A DNA stretch of 64,000 nucleotides from positions 178,511 through 242,510 of the forward strand of contig JAGVBK010000004.1 of NCBI GenBank assembly GCA_020059745.1, in the 5' to 3' direction. This document shows, piece by piece, positions 57,398-64,000 of this stretch. Numbering within the stretch: the stretch's first letter is position 1; each line of letters opens with the position of its first letter. Origin of the DNA: Candidatus Shapirobacteria bacterium (GTDB taxonomy: Bacteria; Patescibacteriota; Microgenomatia; UM-FILTER-40-11). The translations under genes were made by a program, and so were the position numbers. The notes beneath the pieces are model-generated. The model did not search any database. It was not told the DNA's origin and was given only the letters and a program-made list of their open reading frames with translations.

Positions 57398-57463
57398 GAG
57401 TTAGAATTGTTTCATTCAAAAAATTTGCCCTTTGGCTTCGGTTCAGCTATACTTTTAAATTAA

Positions 57464-59218
57464 ATGACCGCCAAGGAGCTTCGAGAAAAATTCATTAATT
57501 TTTTTACAGAAAGGGAACATAAAGTTATTCCTTCTTCATCGCTTATTCCCGAAAACGACCCGACCACGCTTTTTATTTCTGCCGGCATGCACCCTCTTGT
57601 TCCCTATCTTTTAGGAGAACCCCATCCCCAGGGAAGGCGGCTTTGCAGTGTGCAAAAATGTTTAAGAACCGGAGACATTGAGGCTGTTGGCGATACCTAT
57701 CATCACACTTTTTTTGAAATGCTTGGAAACTGGTCATTAGGCGATTACTGGAAAGAGACAATGATTCCCTTAAGTTTTGAATTTTTAACTAAGGTGCTTA
57801 AAATTCCTTCGGAAAAAATATCAGTCACTTGTTTTGCCGGAGATAAAGACGCTCCTAAAGACGAAGAAACTGCCAAGCTTTGGGAAAAGGCAGGAATTCC
57901 AAGGGAAAGGATTTTCTTTTTAGGCAAAGAAGACAACTGGTGGGGTCCGGCCGGAAAAACAGGGCCTTGCGGTCCGGATACGGAAATGTTTTATGATACC
58001 GGCAAACCCGACTGCGGGCCAGATTGCCAACCAGGGTGTTCTTGTGGAAAGTATCTTGAAATATGGAATGATGTTTTCATGCAATACTACAAAACACCTG
58101 AAGAAGATTTTAAGACTTTGGAGCAAAAAAATATTGATACGGGAATGGGGGTGGAAAGAACAACTGCGGTTTTAAATGGTTTAGACGACGATTACAAAAC
58201 TGAGCTTTTTTTACCAATTATTAAGGAAATTGAGAAAATCTCCGAGAAAAGCTACGAAAAAGAAGAAAACAAAAAGCCAATGCGTATCATTGCTGACCAC
58301 TTAAAAGCATCTGTTTTTATCTTGGCTGAAGGAATTACTCCTTCCAATACTGAACAAGGCTATGTCTTAAGAAGGCTTATAAGAAGGGCAGTCCGTTTTG
58401 GTAGAATGCTTGAAATTCACGGCTCTTTTAGCGGTTTGGTGGCAGAGTCGGTTATCAGGACAATGGGAGATACCTATCCTGAGATTGTTTCCCAAAGCGA
58501 AAGAATTTACAGGGAACTAGGGCTTGAAGAAGAAAGGTTTTTAAAAACCATTCAGCGGGGGACAAAAGAGTTTGAAAAGCTCTCCCAAAAAGGAAAGATC
58601 ACTGGTAAAGAAGCCTTTTTTCTTTATGAAACTTATGGTTTTCCTTTTGAGCTAACAGTTGAAATGGCTAAAGAAAAAGAAATTGAAATTAATGAAGAGG
58701 AGTTTATAAAAGCCCAAGAAGAGCATCAGCGAAAGTCAAGAATCGGTGCGGAAAAGAAGTTTGCCGGCGGTTTGGCTGACCAATCAGAACAAGTAACTAA
58801 ATACCACACAGCCACTCATCTTTTGCATGCAGCCTTAAGGAAAGTATTAGGCGAGACAGTGCGCCAAGCCGGTTCTAATATTACGGCCGAAAGAATGAGA
58901 TTTGATTTTACCTATCCTAGCAAAATGACAGATGAGCAAATTAACAAAGTTGAGGATTTAGTTAACCAAAAAATAAAAGAGAATTTGCCTGTGGAATTTA
59001 AGGTTGTTAGTCTTGAGGAAGCAAAAAAAGAAGGGGCAATGGCTTTATTTGAGCAAAAATACCAAGAAAGAGTTAAACTGTATAAAATTGGCGATTTTTC
59101 AAAAGAAGTCTGCGGAGGTCCGCATGTTTCTTTTACAGGTGAGTTAGGAAAGTTTAAAATAATAAAAGAAGAAGCCTCAGGAGCAGGCAAAAGAAGAATT
59201 TATGCAACCCTAAGCTAA
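57464..59218 (+). CDS. alaS: alanine--tRNA ligase (compact; catalytic and editing domains, no C-Ala domain)
   Basis: The N-terminus REKFINFFTEREHKVIPSSSLIPENDPTTLFISAGM...FEMLGNWSLGDYWK and the editing-domain zinc motif HTATHLLHAAL...CGGPHV. 584 aa. Confidence 0.85.
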   Translation: MTAKELREKFINFFTEREHKVIPSSSLIPENDPTTLFISAGMHPLVPYLLGEPHPQGRRLCSVQKCLRTGDIEAVGDTYHHTFFEMLGNWSLGDYWKETMIPLSFEFLTKVLKIPSEKISVTCFAGDKDAPKDEETAKLWEKAGIPRERIFFLGKEDNWWGPAGKTGPCGPDTEMFYDTGKPDCGPDCQPGCSCGKYLEIWNDVFMQYYKTPEEDFKTLEQKNIDTGMGVERTTAVLNGLDDDYKTELFLPIIKEIEKISEKSYEKEENKKPMRIIADHLKASVFILAEGITPSNTEQGYVLRRLIRRAVRFGRMLEIHGSFSGLVAESVIRTMGDTYPEIVSQSERIYRELGLEEERFLKTIQRGTKEFEKLSQKGKITGKEAFFLYETYGFPFELTVEMAKEKEIEINEEEFIKAQEEHQRKSRIGAEKKFAGGLADQSEQVTKYHTATHLLHAALRKVLGETVRQAGSNITAERMRFDFTYPSKMTDEQINKVEDLVNQKIKENLPVEFKVVSLEEAKKEGAMALFEQKYQERVKLYKIGDFSKEVCGGPHVSFTGELGKFKIIKEEASGAGKRRIYATLS

Positions 59219-59221
59219 AAT

Positions 59222-61537
59222 ATGCTGCCCTTAAGTAGTTTACTTGAAAAAATTAACCCGCTTGATAAAAATAACGGTTCTTCTGTGGAATACTACCTCA
59301 GCTTGCTTGTTAATGAAAAAAAGGTAAAAAGCGCGATTTGGTCGGTTGCTAAAAACGGCGAAAAAGACATAGTTTTTGGCAATCCTGAATCATGGGGAAA
59401 CAACAACCCCGAAGAGCTTATTGTTGCCGCCGACGCTTCAATTGCCTCTGCGGTTACCAAGCTTGCCAGTCTTGAAGGAAAGCAGCCAGGTAAAGTTATT
59501 TTGGGTATTCCCGAAAATTGGGTGCAGGAAAATTCAATTGAACAAAGCAAGCAAGACCTTTTTAGAGAAGTCTGTAAAAAAATGGAATTAAAGCCAGCTG
59601 GCTTTATCGTTACTCCTGAGGCAATTGCCCACTTTCTAAAAAGCGAAGAAGGCGGCTTGCCCAGTTTAATTTTGGTTAATGTCGGCGAAACAGAAATTAC
59701 CGTTTCCCTTATTAGTAAAGGAAAGTTTTTAGGTAGCAAGTTGGTGGGCAGAAGCGACAACCTTGCCCTAGATCTAGAAGAAGGACTTCTTAGGTTTGAT
59801 ATTCAGGACAACCTTCCCAATAGAATTCTTCTTATAAACGACGCTGAAAACCAAAATATTGAAGAAGCCAGGCAAACATTAGTGGCTTACCCCTGGGTTG
59901 GTCCTGAGGGAGAGAAAAAGCTTAAGTTTTTACAACTGCCCAAAGTTGAGGTTGCCGACCCGAATTTTGAAATAAAAGCTGTTGTTTTGGCTGGTTTTAG
60001 GGAAATCAACCCGGAAAGAGCTGAAGAAAAAGTTGAAGTTCAGGCAGAAAAAAAAGTCAATGAAGAGCCTGTCTTTGAAACTACTCCAGAAGAAACTCTT
60101 CATGAAGAAAGTGAAAGCAAACACTTCGAAGAGCAGGAAGAAGATTTTGGTTTTCTAAAAGGTGAAGACATTTTAGCTACCGGGATTTATGTTCCCCAAA
60201 AGGCTGAAGCTGGCAGCGGAGTTGAGGAAAACGGGGAAACAGTTTACACCGCCAGTGAGGTACCGAAAGAAGAAATGAAAAGACCTGAGCCAATACCTAA
60301 GAGAAAAATTAGCTTTAACTTCCTGCCAAAGTTTTCTTTGGCTTTTTCCTGGTTTAAACGGATAAGGCTTCCTCGTTTAAGATTTGATTTAAAATTTGGA
60401 AAACTACCTCTAGTTGTTCTTTTTCTCCCACTCCTTGTTCTTGGTTTTTCCCTTTTTGGTTTTTGGAACTGGGCCAAGGCTGAGGTTAAAATCATTGTTG
60501 AACCGCAAAAAATTGATAAAGAATTTGAATTTACTATTTCAGACGAAATTACCGCAGCTGATTCCGAGGGAATGGTTGTGCCGGCGAGAACCCTGAGCCA
60601 TCAAGTTTCCGGCTCAAAAACAGCGCAAGTAACTGGTAAAAAAACAGTTGGGGACAAAGCCAAAGGAGAAATTATTATCTACAACCGCACTGAGCAGGCA
60701 AAAAGAATTCCCGCCGGCTCCATTCTTAAAGGACCCGGAGGACTTAAGTTTGTAATTGACGAAGAAGTAAATGTGGCTTCAAAAACAGCAGACCTGGCTA
60801 TGGGAGTTGATAAATGGGGAGAGATTAAAACAACGGCAACAGCTGAGGATATCGGTGCGCAATATAACATTGCTTCAGATTCGGTTTTATCCTTTGAAAC
60901 TGTTTCTTCTTCAAGCCTGCTTGTTAAAAACCCCTCTGCTTTTTCCGGAGGCACCAGCAGAGAAATACAGGCAGTATCCAAAACTGATAGGGAAAACCTA
61001 CAGAAAGAATTGCTTTCCGAATTAAGAGAAGTGGCAAAACTGGAAATCACAAACTCTCTTTCGGAAGGAGATTATCTTCTTGAAGATTCCTTTGAACTGG
61101 AAAGCAAAACCGATAGTTTTGACCGTGAGATTGACGAAGAAGCTACCAGTTTATCTCTTGAACAGGAGGCAGAATTTTCTGTTCTTTATATAAAACAAGA
61201 GGACTTTTTATCTCTTGTGGAAGAAGTGCTTAGCAGAGAAGTAAATGAGGGTTACCGCCGTGATTCTTCCTCAAGTAACCAGACCTTTAGTGTGGTTGAT
61301 CCTAAAAAAGGAGTTTATAAAGCCTCGGTGAGAGAAAAGTTTTTGCCCGAGATAAACACCGCGGGAATTCCGTTGCTTCTTAAAAGTAAACCTCTAAAAA
61401 GTGGAGAAAAAATTATTGGTAACATAAATAAAGTAAGCGGGGTTAAAATAAATATTAGCCCCAAACCCTTTTCCTATTTGAAATTCTTCCCTTTTAAGGA
61501 GCAAAATATTAGCGTTTCAATAGAAACACTAGAATAA
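59222..61537 (+). CDS. hypothetical 771-aa protein: N-terminal actin-like ATPase fold (FtsA/PilM-like), central TM segment, acidic linker and a large extracytoplasmic C-terminal domain
   Basis: VILGIPENW...FIVTPEAIAHFL...SLILVNVGETEITVSLISKGKF resembles the phosphate-2 / adenosine motifs of actin-fold proteins. The TM segment is LPLVVLFLPLLVLGFSLFGFWNW. The stop overlaps the sortase start (TAATG). Confidence 0.3.
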   Translation: MLPLSSLLEKINPLDKNNGSSVEYYLSLLVNEKKVKSAIWSVAKNGEKDIVFGNPESWGNNNPEELIVAADASIASAVTKLASLEGKQPGKVILGIPENWVQENSIEQSKQDLFREVCKKMELKPAGFIVTPEAIAHFLKSEEGGLPSLILVNVGETEITVSLISKGKFLGSKLVGRSDNLALDLEEGLLRFDIQDNLPNRILLINDAENQNIEEARQTLVAYPWVGPEGEKKLKFLQLPKVEVADPNFEIKAVVLAGFREINPERAEEKVEVQAEKKVNEEPVFETTPEETLHEESESKHFEEQEEDFGFLKGEDILATGIYVPQKAEAGSGVEENGETVYTASEVPKEEMKRPEPIPKRKISFNFLPKFSLAFSWFKRIRLPRLRFDLKFGKLPLVVLFLPLLVLGFSLFGFWNWAKAEVKIIVEPQKIDKEFEFTISDEITAADSEGMVVPARTLSHQVSGSKTAQVTGKKTVGDKAKGEIIIYNRTEQAKRIPAGSILKGPGGLKFVIDEEVNVASKTADLAMGVDKWGEIKTTATAEDIGAQYNIASDSVLSFETVSSSSLLVKNPSAFSGGTSREIQAVSKTDRENLQKELLSELREVAKLEITNSLSEGDYLLEDSFELESKTDSFDREIDEEATSLSLEQEAEFSVLYIKQEDFLSLVEEVLSREVNEGYRRDSSSSNQTFSVVDPKKGVYKASVREKFLPEINTAGIPLLLKSKPLKSGEKIIGNINKVSGVKINISPKPFSYLKFFPFKEQNISVSIETLE

Positions 61538-62307
61538 TGCTTTACCGTTATGTTAAGAAACAACCACGCTTTAATGTTTTTAGCCCAAAACTTGGAAGTT
61601 CTAGGAAAAGATATTTTGCCGGTTTCCTTTTGGTTGTCGGCATCTTTCTTTTTATAAACGCAGCCTATCCAATAATTTCCTACCAGCTTTTAGTGGCTCC
61701 CCGTTTTTCCGCTTCTTTTGTCAGCCCTTCTTCTGAGGCAGCAATTTCCCATTCTTTCGGGCCTCCTCAAAAAAATGAGTTTTTGAGCTCGGCTCAGGTA
61801 ATTGGCACTGAAATTGATTTGGTAGACTATACCAAGGCGGGCAACTGGTTTAGTGAAGAGAAAATTGAAAAGGAGTTTAGTGTTGAAACCGATAACTCTA
61901 CTTATTTCTTGTCAATTCCCAAGCTGGGGATAGAAAAAGCTGAGGTCAGGGTTGGGGTTGAGGATCTTAAGCAAAGCCTTATTCAGTATCCAGGAACAGC
62001 AGCACCTGGCCGTTATGGCAACACGGTTGTTTTTGGCCATTCGGTTCTGCCTCAGTTTTTTAACCCTAAAAACTACTTAACCATTTTTTCCACTCTTCCG
62101 ACCCTTAAAGTTCAGGATGAGATTATTGTCTACCATAACGAGGTTACCTATCGTTATGTAATTGAAAATATGATTGAAGTTTCTCCAAGCGATATTTCAA
62201 TTCTTGCCCAAAGGTTCGACGATTCGTATCTTACTTTAATTACTTGTGTACCGCCAGGTACTTATTTGCGCCGCTTAATTATCAGAGCCAGGCTGGCAAA
62301 AATTTAA
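61537..62307 (+). CDS. sortase (transpeptidase)
   Basis: An N-terminal TM anchor, catalytic His (VVFGHSV), the TLXTC active site (LTLITCVPPG), and the conserved Arg (RRLIIRARL). Confidence 0.75.
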   Translation: MLYRYVKKQPRFNVFSPKLGSSRKRYFAGFLLVVGIFLFINAAYPIISYQLLVAPRFSASFVSPSSEAAISHSFGPPQKNEFLSSAQVIGTEIDLVDYTKAGNWFSEEKIEKEFSVETDNSTYFLSIPKLGIEKAEVRVGVEDLKQSLIQYPGTAAPGRYGNTVVFGHSVLPQFFNPKNYLTIFSTLPTLKVQDEIIVYHNEVTYRYVIENMIEVSPSDISILAQRFDDSYLTLITCVPPGTYLRRLIIRARLAKI

Positions 62308-62323
62308 AGAGTAAAATACGCTT

Positions 62324-62716
62324 ATGAAAATATTAGGCATTGATTACGGAAGAAAAAAAATCGGCCTTGCTTTGGCTGATACTTCTTTGGGGGTGGTTGA
62401 GCCTTTGCTGACTTTGCCTTTTTTAGGATTTTTAAAGGAAATCAGCGGGATTGTTTCCCGATATGAATTTAAAAAAATTGTAATTGGCAATCCCGGCGGT
62501 TTAATTGAAAAAGAAATCTTTGAATTTGGAAAAAAAATTAAAAAAGAAACCGGCCTTGAGGTTGACTTTCATGACGAAACCCTAACCACCGTCGATGCTC
62601 AAAAAGTACTTTTACAATCAGGAAAAAAAAGAAAGCAAAGGCAAAAAAAAGAGGATGCAATTGCTGCCGCTCTTATGCTAGAATCATATTTAGAAGGAGG
62701 TGTTAATAATGTTTAA
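62324..62716 (+). CDS. ruvX: Holliday-junction resolvase-like putative pre-16S rRNA nuclease YqgF/RuvX
   Basis: MKILGIDYGRKKIGLALAD...KIVIGNPGG...DETLTTVDAQ. Confidence 0.85.
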   Translation: MKILGIDYGRKKIGLALADTSLGVVEPLLTLPFLGFLKEISGIVSRYEFKKIVIGNPGGLIEKEIFEFGKKIKKETGLEVDFHDETLTTVDAQKVLLQSGKKRKQRQKKEDAIAAALMLESYLEGGVNNV

Positions 62717-62909
62717 AAACATAATTGCTCCCGTTCAGGCTTGGCTTCTTTCCAAGGGGCAATGTGTTGGCTGTGGTGCCCCCCTTTCTAAAGGTAATCA
62801 CACCAAAAGAGAGGACGGGACAGAGAAGATTACCTGCAAATGCGGTAGAATCTTCATATATGACAAAAAAGCCCAGAAATACCGCCGGGCTCTTTTTGAG
62901 GAAGTTTAA
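62709..62909 (+). CDS. small zinc-ribbon protein (66 aa, CxxC...CxC)
   Basis: A strong SD GGAGG sits 8 nt upstream of the ATG at 62709. It has four Cys (CVGCG...CKCG) and a basic C-terminus, and overlaps the ruvX 3' end and the mltG 5' end. Confidence 0.4.
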   Translation: MFKNIIAPVQAWLLSKGQCVGCGAPLSKGNHTKREDGTEKITCKCGRIFIYDKKAQKYRRALFEEV

Positions 62910-63942
62910 GAAAATTACTGATTCTTCTTATAAGGTGAAAAAAATTCCTTTTAATCTTAGCGTGCTTTTTTTTCTTCTTTTATTTGTATTTATTGGCGGA
63001 AAAGTTTGGTGGAAAGAGAGCCTTAAGCCCTTTGACCCCAGCAAGCAAACAAAAATAAGTTTTGTGATTAGGAAAGGCGAGCCAATTTCCTTGGTTGCCA
63101 GCCGGTTAAAAGAGGAAGGATTAATAAAAAGCCCTGTTTTTTTTAAGGTTTATCTTATGATTCAGGGTTTGTCTAAAAAAATCCAAGCTGGCACTTATCA
63201 GCTTTCAGCCTCAATGACACCAATGGAAATCTCGGGATTATTCATAAAAGGAACCAACGACCAATGGGTGACAATTATAGAAGGTTTAAGACAGGAGCAA
63301 ATTGGAGCCCAGCTTATAAAAAGCGGTTTTGCAGTCAACCCTAAAGATTGGCAAGAAAAAGTAATAAGTGAAGGACTTGAGGGTAGAATCTTTCCGGATA
63401 GCTATTTGTTTCCCAAAGATGCTAAGGAGGAAACAATTCTTAAAATCATTGCCAGTAACTTTGAAAAAAAAGTTATAAGTGGGCTTAAAGAGGAAATTGC
63501 CGAAAGCAAACTCAGCTTTGAAGATGCCCTTATCCTTGCTTCAATTGTGGAAAGGGAAGCAAGAACGGAGACTGATAGAAAAATTGTAGCGGGAATTCTT
63601 TTAAAAAGACTTCAAAACAACTGGCCGCTTCAGGTTGATGCCTCGGTACAGTACGCAGTGGCAAGTCAAAGGTGCCGAAACTCATATGATCCAAACTGTG
63701 ACTGGTGGCCAAAAAGCCTGAGCAAAAACGATTTAAAAATAAGCTCTCCTTTTAATTCTTATCTTAATCAGGGTTTGCCGCCAGGACCAATTTGTAATCC
63801 AGGCCTTTCTTCGATTAAGGCTGCTCTTTCTCCCAAGGAAAGCTCGTATTGGTTTTATATCTCAGACCTTGAGGGAAAAATGCATTATGCTAAAACAAGT
63901 GAAGAACATGCCCAAAACATCGGCCGTTATCTTTTAAGGTAA
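62860..63942 (+). CDS. mltG: endolytic murein transglycosylase MltG (YceG family)
   Basis: N-terminal TM segment (IPFNLSVLFFLLLFVFIGG) and the YceG domain with C-terminal GLPPGPICNPGLSSIKAAL. The start is taken at the ATG at 62860, because the ORF-track start at 62725 is a TTG with no N-terminal features. Confidence 0.8.
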   Translation: MTKKPRNTAGLFLRKFKKITDSSYKVKKIPFNLSVLFFLLLFVFIGGKVWWKESLKPFDPSKQTKISFVIRKGEPISLVASRLKEEGLIKSPVFFKVYLMIQGLSKKIQAGTYQLSASMTPMEISGLFIKGTNDQWVTIIEGLRQEQIGAQLIKSGFAVNPKDWQEKVISEGLEGRIFPDSYLFPKDAKEETILKIIASNFEKKVISGLKEEIAESKLSFEDALILASIVEREARTETDRKIVAGILLKRLQNNWPLQVDASVQYAVASQRCRNSYDPNCDWWPKSLSKNDLKISSPFNSYLNQGLPPGPICNPGLSSIKAALSPKESSYWFYISDLEGKMHYAKTSEEHAQNIGRYLLR

Positions 63943-64000
63943 GTTTTTTGAGGATAGAAATTTGCCTATGTTATAGGAAAGAAATCCTTTTTTGGGTAAG

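Noticed and set aside
62725-62859. Upstream TTG start for mltG (ORF-track 62725)
   Set aside because: It is a TTG codon with no SD, and the extension lacks the features of the MltG N-terminus. The ATG at 62860 yields the expected basic + TM N-terminus. The region is better explained by the SD-preceded zinc-ribbon ORF.
1-64000. Search for rRNA, RNase P RNA, tmRNA, SRP RNA, T-box or riboswitch leaders upstream of metG/proS/alaS
   Set aside because: The intergenic spaces upstream of the synthetase genes are 20-70 nt, too short for T-boxes. No conserved core motifs of tmRNA, RNase P or 4.5S RNA were recognised by eye. Covariance-model scans would be needed to exclude them formally.

Overview
This is a low-GC (roughly 37-40% by eye), gene-dense bacterial chromosomal segment using the standard genetic code (TGA, TAA and TAG all act as stops). 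The gene content is mostly core housekeeping, with no rRNA, CRISPR array, integrase or transposase. The core genes are the C-terminus of ppdK, metG, rmuC, pcrA, rpsT, murJ, hrcA-grpE-dnaK-dnaJ, nusA-infB-(DHH-like)-rpsO-pnp, rnj, obg, proS, ftsK, alaS, ruvX and mltG. Several proteins are unusually compact (IF-2 476 aa, AlaRS 584 aa, MetRS 475 aa, HrcA about 243 aa), which suggests a reduced-genome, CPR/Patescibacteria-like organism (inference, not verifiable here). The accessory content is a large cell-envelope biogenesis cluster. It contains a UbiA-type decaprenyl-phosphate phosphoribosyltransferase homolog, an MraY/WecA-family transferase, a processive GT2 synthase (QxxRW), five GT-C membrane glycosyltransferases (one tandem paralog pair and one YYY-motif DUF2298 protein), an LCP ligase, a GT4 enzyme, a SAM methyltransferase, a HAD hydrolase, an FAD oxidoreductase and two tandem FemAB paralogs. 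Elsewhere there is a PilN/PilO-like pair followed by an LPDSG-anchored multi-domain surface protein. A sortase is translationally coupled to a 771-aa actin-fold plus TM protein, and the pair is inserted into the conserved alaS-ruvX-mltG neighbourhood. A Lon AAA+ module lacks its protease domain. A UvrD-helicase / Fe-S Cas4-like nuclease fusion carries a perfect in-frame 18-bp tandem duplication. One tRNA-Cys(GCA) has atypical D- and T-loops. Regulatory signals noted are a CIRCE-like operator at the hrcA promoter, a near-consensus promoter plus palindromic attenuator-like hairpin in the nusA leader, an intrinsic terminator between dnaK and dnaJ, and a 3 x 25 bp tandem repeat upstream of rpsO.
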